Below, one piece after another: positions 39,948-49,799 of a DNA stretch of 64,000 nt (positions are counted from its first letter, which is position 1; every line of letters begins with the position of its first letter). The notes beneath the pieces are model-generated. The model was not told where the DNA came from, did not search any database, and saw only the letters and a program-made list of their open reading frames with translations. The translations under genes and the position numbers were made by a program. The stretch is from Planctomycetota bacterium (lineage in GTDB: Bacteria; Planctomycetota; GCA-002687715; CAIWVZ01), in assembly GCA_044222185.1 (NCBI GenBank), contig JBGANV010000001.1, positions 672,001 to 736,000 of the forward strand. Direction: 5' to 3'.

Positions 39948-41084
39948 TCACCGGGCGGAGCGATGAGCGTCGATGCCCGTCTGGCGTCCGGCCGACCCGA
40001 GGCTTCGCAGGCGTTCGAGCGCGTGTCTCACCTGAACCGGGTCGACGCGAATCGGGACGACCACCTCCTCGCGAGTGTCGGGAACCGTGATCGGATCTCC
40101 GTATGGGAGTGACTCCGACGGCTCAGTCAGGTCGGCGCGTTTTGGACCGACGACGAGCCACGTCAGCCGGATGGTCACGAAGTAGCACCCGGGTGTCATG
40201 TCTGAGAGGACGTCCTGCCACGCGCTGCTGGGCGCGGCGATGCCTCGACGCATCGTGACCGAGGACCGTGGCAAGTGCGGCGCGTCCTGGAACGGCCAGG
40301 AGAACGGCGCGGTTTCGACCGTGGCCACGACCTCCGACCCATCCAGCGTGCTCGGGATCTGCAGATCCGCCGGTGGCGTGAAGCGCACGCGCACGGCGTC
40401 TTCGAGTGTGACGCGCATCCGCGGTCCGACGATCGGCAGCTCTCGGTAGGAGAACCCCGGGGCGATCATGCCGACCATCGTGGACGGCCCATCGGGGCGC
40501 TTCTCGACGATCACCCGACCCGGACTCGTGCACGAAGCCGGTTGAATCCCGCCCAAGTCCGCGCGGATCCACACGGGATCTCGCGGCGCGAACGTGATCG
40601 CGCGGACGTTCGCGATCCCGCGTCCGCCCGAGTCCGTCACCTCGATTGCCAGCAGTGAGCGGGTCGAACGCAAAGCCCCGATCTGTAGCGGCGATCGTGT
40701 GGCCTGCCCGGGGACGTCGAGGTTCCACGAGGCCCCAGGCAAGCCGAGTTCCGGCAGCCACGAGATGCGCCACCGGCTGGGCTCGAGCTCCATCGTCCAC
40801 GCGCCGTCGTCGTCGAGCGCTGCCCGTGTCTCGTGGCGCCGTGGGCGAGACTCGGGGCCTGGCGCCTCGTTGCAGGGGGTGGCGACGACCGATGTCCAGC
40901 CGACCGGGAAACCGGCCGGGACGATGATGCGGCCGCTGACTTTCGTCGACCCCGGGCTCGATCCGACGGGCGAGGCCGAGACGACCGCGCTTGCGACCGG
41001 TCCTGACTCTGCGCGCGCCGACTGCTGAGCGGCGGCGGGAAAAGTCACGACCAGAGCAAGGGCGAACGTCCGCGTCCGAAGCAT
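39948..41084 (-). CDS. Secreted hypothetical protein, family member 1 (carboxypeptidase-regulatory-like Ig modules)
   Basis: Signal peptide; VSGRIIVPAGFPVGWT, IEVTDSGG, IAPGF, RMRVTL, MTPGxY, VPDTREEV shared with the genes at 42972 and 44152. Confidence 0.8.
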   Translation of the reverse strand: MLRTRTFALALVVTFPAAAQQSARAESGPVASAVVSASPVGSSPGSTKVSGRIIVPAGFPVGWTSVVATPCNEAPGPESRPRRHETRAALDDDGAWTMELEPSRWRISWLPELGLPGASWNLDVPGQATRSPLQIGALRSTRSLLAIEVTDSGGRGIANVRAITFAPRDPVWIRADLGGIQPASCTSPGRVIVEKRPDGPSTMVGMIAPGFSYRELPIVGPRMRVTLEDAVRVRFTPPADLQIPSTLDGSEVVATVETAPFSWPFQDAPHLPRSSVTMRRGIAAPSSAWQDVLSDMTPGCYFVTIRLTWLVVGPKRADLTEPSESLPYGDPITVPDTREEVVVPIRVDPVQVRHALERLRSLGSAGRQTGIDAHRSAR

Positions 41085-41208
41085 GGCGCGATCGTAACCC
41101 CGGAGGACCGGTCGTGGCCCGGACGTGGTCGCCCGCTCGTGCGAAATCGGGTGACGGGTTTGCCCGTCGTCGATAGGCTGGGCGCTCCACGACGAGGGGG
41201 CGCGTCAC

Positions 41209-42513
41209 ATGGACACATCCATTTCGAGGAACGGACGGTGGGCGGTGATTGGCCGCGCGTCTCGGATCATCGGAGCCGCGGTCCTGGTCTCCTTGGCCGT
41301 CTCCGTGGGCGCCATCGCGCAGACTCCGACGCTCGACGCGCAGAAGAAACTGGCGAGCAGCTACCTCAAGGCGGAGGCGGCGGGCCGCGGTGAGCTCGGT
41401 GCGAAACTCGACGCTCTGCCCGCGCTCACGAAGGCCGACGTCTCGGCGTGGACGGCGTGGCTCAAACGCGAGCTGAAGTCGGGAACGAAACTCGAGGACA
41501 AGGGGACGAACTACTTCTATGACGCGAAGCAGAAGCGGGGGAAGTACATCGTCTCGGGAGCGGGCAACACGAAGGGGCTCGTGTTCGGACTCCATGGCGG
41601 CGGCGTGGGCTCGGCGGATTGCACGGGGGCGGCGAGCGCGTTCCGCGGCGTGATCGAGAACGCGGGGATGATCGGCATCTACCCGGAGGCGATCGAAGCG
41701 ACGGAGGCCGCATGGGGCGACGACGTCACGGTGACGTTCCTGCTCGACCTGCTCGCGGCGGCGAAGCGCACGTTCAACTTCGACTTGAACCACGTGTACG
41801 TCATCGGCCACTCCATGGGAGGATATGGCGCGTGGACGTGGGGCGGACGGTTTTCGGACCGTCTGGCCGCGGTGGTGTCGTTCGCGGGGTCGCCCACTCC
41901 GATCTGGGGCGCGTCGAAGGACCTCATCGGTATCCAGCAGGGCGTGCTCGCGAACCTCTACACGGTTCCGATCTGGGTGTATCACTCGACCGACGACCCG
42001 CGCGTGCCGATCCAACCCGTCCAGTTCGCGATCGCCGAGCTGAAGCGCATGAAGGCCGAGCGCCAATCCGGTTTCGACTTCGTCTACGAGGAGGTCGAGA
42101 AGCGCGGCCACGACTTTCCCGCGAAGGGGCCGGGACCGGCCATGACGTGGGCGGCGAGCAAGACACGCACACCGCGCCCGAAAGTCGTGATGTGGGAGCC
42201 GTTCTACGAGCGACCCGATCGGCGGTATTGGATCGCCGCCGAGCGTCCCGCGCGCGGCGTCGGCATCGAGGGCCGATGGGACGGCAAGTCGTCGTTTGCG
42301 ATCACGGGCTCGGGCGCCAGGGATGACGCGGGCATCTCGGTCCTTCTCAGCGATGCGATGACGGACCTGGACAAGCCTGTCGTGGTGAAGGTCGGCGACA
42401 AGACGGTGTTCGAGGGCGTTCCCAAGAGGACGCTCAGGGCACTTCTCGACAGCTTCATCGCGCGTGAGGATCCGGACCTGCTGTTCTCGGCCATGGCGCC
42501 GCCGCGGCCGTGA
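41209..42513 (+). CDS. Secreted alpha/beta hydrolase (esterase/peptidase-like)
   Basis: LHGGG, GHSMGG nucleophile elbow, HSTDDPRV, GHD; the start may be GTG 41245. Confidence 0.85.
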   Translation: MDTSISRNGRWAVIGRASRIIGAAVLVSLAVSVGAIAQTPTLDAQKKLASSYLKAEAAGRGELGAKLDALPALTKADVSAWTAWLKRELKSGTKLEDKGTNYFYDAKQKRGKYIVSGAGNTKGLVFGLHGGGVGSADCTGAASAFRGVIENAGMIGIYPEAIEATEAAWGDDVTVTFLLDLLAAAKRTFNFDLNHVYVIGHSMGGYGAWTWGGRFSDRLAAVVSFAGSPTPIWGASKDLIGIQQGVLANLYTVPIWVYHSTDDPRVPIQPVQFAIAELKRMKAERQSGFDFVYEEVEKRGHDFPAKGPGPAMTWAASKTRTPRPKVVMWEPFYERPDRRYWIAAERPARGVGIEGRWDGKSSFAITGSGARDDAGISVLLSDAMTDLDKPVVVKVGDKTVFEGVPKRTLRALLDSFIAREDPDLLFSAMAPPRP

Positions 42514-42533
42514 GGGCTGTGCGGGGAGCTTCG

Positions 42534-42932
42534 ATGCACGACGACATCCTGCGATTCCCGACGGCGAGGAAACATGACCCGGCGATCGACGCGTGGCTCG
42601 ACGCGCAGCGCCCGGAGTTCCGTCCGCTCGTGCGCACGTGGTTCGAGCGCATGCGGCGGTGCGGCACCGACGTGCGTGAGCTGATGCACGACGGATGTCC
42701 GACGGCGTGCGTGGGCGACGCTGCGTTCGGCTACGTCAACGCGTTTCGCGAGCACGTGAACGTGGGGTTCTTCTTCGGGGCGTTGCTGGATGACCCGGCC
42801 CGGCTGCTCGAAGGAACCGGCAAGCGCGGACGCCACGTGAAGCTCCGGCCCGGCCGCGAGGTCGATGCCGCGGCGCTCGGCAGACTCGTCGAGACGGCCT
42901 ACACCGACATCCGGGCGCGGCTGCGCAGTTGA
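42534..42932 (+). CDS. DUF1801 (YdhG-like) protein
   Basis: HDGCPTACV, YVNAFREHVNVGFFFGALLDDP..LLEGTGKRGRHVKL. Confidence 0.88.
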   Translation: MHDDILRFPTARKHDPAIDAWLDAQRPEFRPLVRTWFERMRRCGTDVRELMHDGCPTACVGDAAFGYVNAFREHVNVGFFFGALLDDPARLLEGTGKRGRHVKLRPGREVDAAALGRLVETAYTDIRARLRS

Positions 42933-43127
42933 CCGCGGCCCGCTGCGCGCACACGGGACGGTCGCTGCGGATCACTTCTGCTTCGCGAGCCGTTCGAGCG
43001 CAGCCGCCAGGTCGGCCGGGTCGATCGGCACGGCGATCTCGACCTCGTCCCTCGTGTCTGGGATCGTGACGCGCGACAGGAGTTCGAGGTGCTCACACCT
43101 GGCGTATGGATTCGCCATCTTGTCGAA
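42930..43127 (+). repeat. 198-bp direct repeat, copy 1
   Basis: 196/198 identical to 44110..44307 (offset 1180); covers the last ~52 codons plus 42 bp downstream. Confidence 0.95.
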
Positions 43128-44048
43128 AGCCAATTCGTGGCCGACCGTGAGCGTGACCGCATAGTCGCCGGGCGTCATGAGCGCGCGGAGTTCCTGCCGG
43201 GACGCCGGTGCGGGCTCCCGGCCGCCCTGGATCGTGATCCAGTGATGGGGGAGGCGGGCACCGCTCTCGGCCCGGCCAACGCTCAACGCTGCGGAGACGC
43301 GCCTCTCCTTGATGAGCGTGGGAATGACGAAATCGCGCGGCAACGTGAGGCGCACAGGGACGGCGCGGTCGAGCGTCACGCGCATCCTTGGGAGCGTCAG
43401 CGGAACCTCCTTCCAACGGAATCCGGGCGCAATGACGCCGAGAATCGAGGGCGTGAAGTGTTCACTTGGCGTTGCCCGTGCGATCGCGTGACCGAGTTCA
43501 TCGGTGCGGCTCTCGCTCGGAGCGAAGTAGAAACCTCTCTCCGAGACGAGTAATGCCGACGCCGGATCGAATGCGGCGACCGCGGCTCCGCGAATCGCGC
43601 GTCCGTCCGTGTCGGTCACTTCGACGGCGAAGATGTCGCGTGGTGCCACGACCACTGGCGCGTGGATCTTGCGCCCTTCGGTCAGGTCGAGTCGACGCAA
43701 GACCATTCGCGCGGCCTCGAGCCCCATCGGCGCCCAATCGATCTGCCAGGACGCGGAGGTGAGCCCCAGCTTCCATTCGCCGCCCGGGCCGAGCGGGGCT
43801 CCGACGGTCACGTCGCGGGGCGGCTGTCCGATCGCTCGCAGCGTCGTCGTCGCCACCATCTTCGTCCACTCGACGGGAAACCCCGCCGGCGTGACGATCC
43901 TCCCGCTGACGTGAACGGGGCTCGGTGCGGAGTCCGGGCGCGATTGGGCCGTCGGCGCCTGGCTCACGACCATCGCGGCCATGAAGGCTGCCGTCACCGC
44001 CGAGACGACGGGATTGAGGCCGCATGGTACGTCGAGAGTTGCTCGCAT
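42972..44048 (-). CDS. Secreted hypothetical protein, family member 2
   Basis: VHVSGRIVTPAGFPVEWTK...FDKMANPYARCEHLELL; start 44048 or 44063. Confidence 0.8.
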   Translation of the reverse strand: MRATLDVPCGLNPVVSAVTAAFMAAMVVSQAPTAQSRPDSAPSPVHVSGRIVTPAGFPVEWTKMVATTTLRAIGQPPRDVTVGAPLGPGGEWKLGLTSASWQIDWAPMGLEAARMVLRRLDLTEGRKIHAPVVVAPRDIFAVEVTDTDGRAIRGAAVAAFDPASALLVSERGFYFAPSESRTDELGHAIARATPSEHFTPSILGVIAPGFRWKEVPLTLPRMRVTLDRAVPVRLTLPRDFVIPTLIKERRVSAALSVGRAESGARLPHHWITIQGGREPAPASRQELRALMTPGDYAVTLTVGHELAFDKMANPYARCEHLELLSRVTIPDTRDEVEIAVPIDPADLAAALERLAKQK

Positions 44049-44109
44049 GGAGTTGCGGATCATAGTCCAAGGGCTGTTTGCGGTCAGCCTCAAAGGCGCG
44101 TCGGGCAAG

Positions 44110-44307
44110 TGACCGCGGCCCGCTGCGCGCACACGGGACGGTCGCTGCGGATCACTTCTGCTTCGCGAGCCGTTTGAGCGCAGCCGCAAGGTCGGCCGGG
44201 TCGATCGGCACGGCGATCTCGACCTCGTCCCTCGTGTCTGGGATCGTGACGCGCGACAGGAGTTCGAGGTGCTCACACCTGGCGTATGGATTCGCCATCT
44301 TGTCGAA
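44110..44307 (+). repeat. 198-bp direct repeat, copy 2
   Basis: See 42930..43127. Confidence 0.95.
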
Positions 44308-45252
44308 TGGAAACCCGTACCCGATGTTGAGGCCGATCGTGTACGTGCCCGGCGTCATTAGGGCGCGAAGCTCCGGGCGCGACTCCGAAATGGGGCTCCG
44401 ACCGCCCTGGGTCGTGAGCGATTGATGGGGGAGGCGCGCCTTCCGATTCGCGGGCGCCGCGACGATTTCGGCCGAAAGGCGGTGTCCGTTGAGCTGTGCG
44501 GGGAATGCGAGGTCGCCGCGCGGCGTGAGTCGGACGCTCACCGCGCGGTCGAGTGTCACGCGCACCCGGCGCGGCACGAGGGGCACCTCCCTGAAGCGGT
44601 AGCCTCGTGCGACCACGCCGACCGTGGTCGCGTCTGAGTTGGATCGGTACCTCCTCGTGCGGACGACGGCGTGGCCATGCTCATCTGTGGATGCGGCGTC
44701 AGTCACGCCTGAGAAAGGAAGAAAGCGATCGCCGTCGAAAGTCGGGCACACGCCATCGTCGATGCTCGCAACCTCGGCCTTCGCCACGGCGCCGCCCTCC
44801 GTGTCGGTGACCTCGACACCGCAGAGATCATCCGGCGCGACGAATGTCGGAAGCGCCCAGTCCACTCTGCCGTTCGGAGCACCGCCAGAAAGCGAGACCT
44901 CGACGCGCGCCTGGTCGACGCTCGCGACACTCCATTCGATCGTCCATTCGTGTCGGTCGAGGTCCAAGCTCCATTCACCGCTCGGGCTGATCGGCGCTTC
45001 GACCCTGATGTCCTTGCGGAAGTACCCAAGCACGTATGCCGTCCGCTTCGCAAGGACCTTCGTCCACTCGACGGGAAATCCCGCCGGCGTGACGATCTTC
45101 CCGCTGACGTGAACGGTGGGCGGGCTGGAGCCCGGCCGCGACTCGGCCGTCGGTGCCTGTCCGACGAGCGTGAGGCACAGAACTGCGCCGACGACCGCTT
45201 GGAGACACCGCATGACGCGATCACGGCCCGCTGCCGTTTGGGGTTGGCGCAT
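44152..45252 (-). CDS. Secreted hypothetical protein, family member 3
   Basis: VHVSGKIVTPAGFPVEWTK...; C-terminus almost identical to member 2; start approximate. Confidence 0.8.
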   Translation of the reverse strand: MRQPQTAAGRDRVMRCLQAVVGAVLCLTLVGQAPTAESRPGSSPPTVHVSGKIVTPAGFPVEWTKVLAKRTAYVLGYFRKDIRVEAPISPSGEWSLDLDRHEWTIEWSVASVDQARVEVSLSGGAPNGRVDWALPTFVAPDDLCGVEVTDTEGGAVAKAEVASIDDGVCPTFDGDRFLPFSGVTDAASTDEHGHAVVRTRRYRSNSDATTVGVVARGYRFREVPLVPRRVRVTLDRAVSVRLTPRGDLAFPAQLNGHRLSAEIVAAPANRKARLPHQSLTTQGGRSPISESRPELRALMTPGTYTIGLNIGYGFPFDKMANPYARCEHLELLSRVTIPDTRDEVEIAVPIDPADLAAALKRLAKQK

Positions 45253-45294
45253 GCTGCGTCGGATCATACCGGCCCATTGCACGCCGGGTCGGGG

Positions 45295-46488
45295 TCACGC
45301 GATCACGTTCGTCAGCAAATGCTCCCGCAGGTTCCTCCACGGGATGGCGACGACGCCGCCCCCCAGCGGCGCGTCTGCGGCCGTCTCGCACGCGAGGACC
45401 ATGGACCCGACCTCGGCGCCGACGGTCGCTCTCCATTTGACCAGGGCATCGGCCATCCGCGGAACCGGAGTCGCGTTGGCTTTCGCCTCGATCGCGTGCA
45501 GCCTCCCGCCGAGTTCGATCACGACGTCGACCTCCAGCCCATCGGACGACCGGAAGAAGGACATCGCCGGCTGGTCACCAAGGTTCCGGAACGTCCGCAT
45601 GACCTCGCCTACGACGACCGTTTCGAAGAGCGCCCCCCGCGACGCCCCATCCCAGAGGATCTGCGGATCACGGTGTCCGGAGAGATAGGCCGCAAGGCCT
45701 GTGTCTGCGAGTTAGAGCTTCGGTGACTTCACCAATCGTTTGCTCGTCGAGCGCGACCACGGTGTGAGCCTGTAGAGGACACCACTGGTTTCGAGGACCG
45801 ATAGCCACCGCGTCGCCGTGGTCGGCGATACGCCGGCGTCGCGGGCGAGCTCATGGAGATTGAGGAGCTGGGCCGTGCGCGCTGCACACAGCCGCAGGAA
45901 CGTCTCGAACGTCTGAAGGTCGGTGACCTGTGTGAGACTGCGCACATCACGCTCGAGGTACGACTGAACGTAACTCGACATCCAAAGTCGCCAGTCGAGG
46001 CCCTGATCGAGGCGTGGCTGGGGGAAGCTGCCGCGCAAGAGCTCGTCCGCCGTGGAGAGGCGGAGGCTCATGGGGATCTCGGCGGCCGCGAGGCCCATCA
46101 GGTGAAGGATCGCGGCGCGGCCGGCGAGACTCTGCGACACGTTGGACATGAGCGCGAACGTCTGCGACCCGGTCATGATCCATCGCCCCGGTGCGCGATC
46201 CTCGTCGATGGCGGTCTTGATGTACGAGAGGATCTCGGGCGCGTTCTGGATCTCGTCGAGGATCAGCGGAGGCGAGTGGGTGCGAAGGAAGGCGCGCGGA
46301 TCGGAAGTCGCTCGCGAACGCGCGTCCGGGTCTTCGAGTGTGACGTAGCGGTGTGTCCCAGCGAGTTCCTGTCGAAGCAGCGTCGTCCTGCCTGTCTGGC
46401 GCGCGCCCGTGACGACCACTGCCGGGAATCCGGCCAAGGCCGACCTCAGCGCGGCCGCCATGTGTCGCTGTATGAGCTGGCTGGACAA
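45295..46488 (-). pseudogene. AAA_14 ATPase + DUF4143 protein with internal stop
   Basis: GARQTGRTT, LILDEIQ, TGSQ, SLAGR, YLERDVR, KRLVKSPKL*LADTGL, GALFET, EVDVV, IEAK. TAA at 45712-45714 replaces the usual Tyr, and both halves are in the same frame. Confidence 0.88.
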
Positions 46489-46504
46489 CGCGTTGCGATC
46501 TTGT

Positions 46505-46537
46505 TTGCAAATCCACTTTCTGAAAGTGGATCTGCAA
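46505..46537. promoter_or_regulatory. 33-bp near-perfect palindrome TTGCAAATCCACTTTC-T-GAAAGTGGATCTGCAA
   Basis: 16-bp arms with one mismatch, AT-rich, ~17 bp upstream of the AAA-DUF4143 start in a divergent intergenic region. Confidence 0.7.
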
Positions 46538-46688
46538 GAACCGGCAGCAACCCGTGGCGAAGTCCATTGGGGACAAGGGCTTGGAGGCGAGAGAAACGGG
46601 CCCACCGAGGGCAGTGGCGGAGCTTTCGCACAGGGCTCATGGTCTGCCGCCGAAACGCCCCAGCACCGGCTCGGTCTTATGACGTGTC

Positions 46689-49600
46689 GTGACGAAGGCA
46701 CCCACACCCATGGACCCGGCGACTCTTGCGATCGAAGCGCGATGGCTGCGACGGCTCGTCGGACAGCTTGCGCTGCCGGAGGCGGACGCGGACGACGTGG
46801 CGCAGACCACGTGGCTGCGCGCGCTGAGCGCACCGCGAGCGGGGATCCGGAACGTGCGCGGGTGGCTCGCCGCGATCGCAGGCAACGTGCGTCGCGATGT
46901 GATCACCCGCAGGCCCAAGCAGGTCCGTTGGGAGCAAGCGGCCGCCCGCAGCGAAGTCGAACCTGTGGGCGCGGACGCCGTCGCGCGCGCCGAACTGCAC
47001 CGGCAGGTCGTCGAGGCCGTGCTCGCGCTTGCGGAGCCGTACCGCACGACGGTCCTATGGCGCTTCTTCGAGGACCTCTCGACGACGGAGATCGCACGCC
47101 GCCACGGCGTCGCGGAAGAGACCGTCCGCACGCGGTTGCACCGGGCCCTGAAGCGGCTGCGCGAAACCCTCGACGGACGCTACGGCCATCGGAGCACGTG
47201 GCTCGTCGTTGCCGCCTCGGGCGCAGGCGAGGTGACCCGCGCAGCCGTCGCCACCGGAGGAGTCCTCATGTCGGCGAAGCCCATGCTCGGCGTGGCGTCC
47301 ATCGTGTTCCTTGCGGTCGGGTGGCTCGTGTTCCGCGAGCCCCTCGCGTCGGGCGGTGCTCGGGTCGGACGGCCGGCGGCGATCGCCGAGCGCCCGCTGG
47401 CCGACGCCGCGCCCCGCCCCCACGCCACGCCAGCACGCGCCGCCGACTCGCACGTCACGACGCCCGCCCCGCTCGTCGTGTCGTCGTTCCGACCCGACGT
47501 GAAACGGACGATCACCGTCACGGGACGCATCGTCGACGCCCGCACGCTCGTGCCCGTGCGCGACGCCCACGTGCAGCTCGAGTTCGAGGACGCGAGCGTG
47601 CGCGTCCCGGACGGCGTCACGACGGACGACGGCCGCTTCACCATGGCATTCACCGGAGAATCCACCCTCGTCGCGCACGTCGTCACGCACGCCGATTACG
47701 CGCCTGCGGTGGCCGACGCTCGCGCGGCGTTCGACGCGGCCGCCGCGCGTCCGGGCGCCATCCGCTGCGATCTCGGGACCATCTCGTTGATGCGCGGCAC
47801 GGCTGTGCGCGGGCGCGTCCTTCATTCGAAAGACGACACGCCGGTCGCAGGCGCTCGGCTCGCCGTCGCGAACGCCGATCTGATCGCCCAGCCGTTCCGT
47901 TGGTGCGGCCTGAGACCCTGCGGCGACTCGGACGGGGATGGTTGGTTCACGCTCACGGAGCGCATCGCACCGTTCGCTTCCGGCATGCCCACGTTGTTCG
48001 CGATCACGCCCGAGGGTGCCGGCTGGGCGAAGCTCGCGGTCGTCGACGGGTTGGAGACGCTCGATGGCATCGTCGTTCACGTGGCCGAGTCGGCCGTCGT
48101 TCACGTACCCGTGGTCGACACGGACGGGAACCCGATCGCCGGCGCGACGGTGACCGCCGTTCCCAGGTTCAACCCTCTCGGCAAGCCCGACGACGGAGGA
48201 CCGGACCCCTCGGTCGGCCTCTTCGCCCGCGATGAGCGGTTCGTCGCGCGAACGGATGCGCGTGGGATCGCCACGCTCCGCGGGCTTGCGATCACGGCGG
48301 GCGACTCCGCGTCGACGTCGCCGTTTGGCACCGAGCGGACGTACGACTTCATCGCGTCGGCACCGGGCCACACGCGGATCACCATGCGGGCGTGGCCATC
48401 TCCCGGCGAGACCACGCTCGCCTCGATCGCGTTGTCGGCGACGGTGCCGTGGGAAATCGCGGGGAGCGTCCGCGGTGGTGACGGCGCGGGTATCGGCGGA
48501 GCCCAGGTTCGCCTCGTCGGGTCAGATTCGGCACCCACGACGACGGACGCGGATGGGCGCTTCCGCCTCGGCGGCCTCGACACCTCCGTGTCGCGTGCCC
48601 AGGTCGACGTGTCCGCGACGGGCTTCGGATCGCGCCTGTGCGTCGTCTGGCGGCCGGCGGAGGGAGGCGTGGCGAACCTGGATGTCGTGCTGCATCGCCG
48701 GCGCCCGATCGAGGGCCGGGTCGTCGACGAAGCCGGCGGGCCGATGCGCGGCGTCCGCGTCGCGATCGCGGCCGAGCCCGCGACGCGTGGGGCGGAGGCG
48801 GATTCGACCGCGACGACGACGGATGATGCGGGCCACTTCGTCTTCTCCGATGCGACCGTCGCCCGCTGGACGCTCACGGTCCATGCGCCGGAGGGCTTCC
48901 AGCCGATGCGCCCTCGACGAATCGGCGAAGGTGAGCGCGAGGTGCTCGTCCGGCTCTTCGCGCATCGGCGGGGCCGCGCGCGCGTCACGATCGACGTCGT
49001 GGACGAGGCGACGAACGCGGCAGGGCTTCCGACGACGGCGTCCCTGGTGGAAGACTGCCCTCGGTTTCGGGGCGATGCGCCGTCGACTCTCGAGTGCCGT
49101 CGAAGCGTGGGACAGGTTTCCGCCGAGTGCGTCCCCGTGGGGAACTGGCAGGCGCGGGTCGAGTTCCAGGACGGCCGCTCCGCGGCGATGGCATTCGCCG
49201 TCGGCGAGTCGGACGATCACGTCCGCCTGCGCATGATCGTCGGCGCGAACGCGCGGATCCGTGGTCGCCTCGATTGGTCGGCGGTGGCCGAGGGGCTGCG
49301 CCGCCCGACCTCCCTCACCGTCGATCCGCCGTACGCGGCGACCGACGGCGGCGGGGCACACGGCCTCGTCAGCATCGGCGCGGGGACCTCGGACTCATTC
49401 GTCCTCGCGGACGTCACCCCGGGAGACGTCGTGTCGCTTCGACTGGCCGATCCCGAGTTCTGCGGGTCCGCTCAGGTGTCCGCGAAGGCCGCCGAAACCG
49501 CCGACGTCGTGATCCCCGTCCACCCGGCGACGCTCCTCGTCTTCGATTCGCCCAAACGGGACGTGGGGGTCACGATCTCGCTGCGTGATTCCCGGGGAAT

Positions 49601-49799
49601 CTGGCGCAAAGCCGCCAGCGAGCTCGCGGGAGCCGATGGCGGGCTCTACCTGCGGGTTCCACCGGGGAAGACTCACTGGCGTGCCGAGATCTTCGACCTG
49701 TTCATCCCGGCCGATCGACGTCGACCCATCGCGACGCAGGTGGGCGACGTCGAGCTGTCCGCCGGAGACGAGCGCAGGATCTCCTTGGACGTCGAGTGA
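46689..49799 (+). CDS. ECF sigma factor fused to a TM segment and a long extracytoplasmic carboxypeptidase-regulatory-like repeat region
   Basis: DADDVAQTTWL, RGWL, LAEPYRTTVLWRFFEDLSTTEIARR..TVRTRLHRAL; TM (MLGVASIVFLAVGWLVF); repeats GRV(V)D..G.P(V/I).GA.V...TDxDGRF. Confidence 0.88.
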   Translation: MTKAPTPMDPATLAIEARWLRRLVGQLALPEADADDVAQTTWLRALSAPRAGIRNVRGWLAAIAGNVRRDVITRRPKQVRWEQAAARSEVEPVGADAVARAELHRQVVEAVLALAEPYRTTVLWRFFEDLSTTEIARRHGVAEETVRTRLHRALKRLRETLDGRYGHRSTWLVVAASGAGEVTRAAVATGGVLMSAKPMLGVASIVFLAVGWLVFREPLASGGARVGRPAAIAERPLADAAPRPHATPARAADSHVTTPAPLVVSSFRPDVKRTITVTGRIVDARTLVPVRDAHVQLEFEDASVRVPDGVTTDDGRFTMAFTGESTLVAHVVTHADYAPAVADARAAFDAAAARPGAIRCDLGTISLMRGTAVRGRVLHSKDDTPVAGARLAVANADLIAQPFRWCGLRPCGDSDGDGWFTLTERIAPFASGMPTLFAITPEGAGWAKLAVVDGLETLDGIVVHVAESAVVHVPVVDTDGNPIAGATVTAVPRFNPLGKPDDGGPDPSVGLFARDERFVARTDARGIATLRGLAITAGDSASTSPFGTERTYDFIASAPGHTRITMRAWPSPGETTLASIALSATVPWEIAGSVRGGDGAGIGGAQVRLVGSDSAPTTTDADGRFRLGGLDTSVSRAQVDVSATGFGSRLCVVWRPAEGGVANLDVVLHRRRPIEGRVVDEAGGPMRGVRVAIAAEPATRGAEADSTATTTDDAGHFVFSDATVARWTLTVHAPEGFQPMRPRRIGEGEREVLVRLFAHRRGRARVTIDVVDEATNAAGLPTTASLVEDCPRFRGDAPSTLECRRSVGQVSAECVPVGNWQARVEFQDGRSAAMAFAVGESDDHVRLRMIVGANARIRGRLDWSAVAEGLRRPTSLTVDPPYAATDGGGAHGLVSIGAGTSDSFVLADVTPGDVVSLRLADPEFCGSAQVSAKAAETADVVIPVHPATLLVFDSPKRDVGVTISLRDSRGIWRKAASELAGADGGLYLRVPPGKTHWRAEIFDLFIPADRRRPIATQVGDVELSAGDERRISLDVE

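Noticed and set aside
39505-39951. Small ORFs between queG and the 39948 gene
   Set aside because: No motif, RBS or convincing composition in any frame; left unannotated.
42930-44307. 198-bp repeats as CRISPR, integron attC or DGR VR/TR
   Set aside because: Only two long copies, mostly coding. There are no spacers, cas, integrase or RT genes, no RYYYAAC/GTTRRRY ends, and the two mismatches are not an adenine-specific pattern.
45712-45714. Stop-codon recoding in the AAA-DUF4143 gene
   Set aside because: The codon is TAA at a conserved Tyr (one substitution from TAC/TAT), not TGA/TAG recoding, and the Walker A is also mutated.
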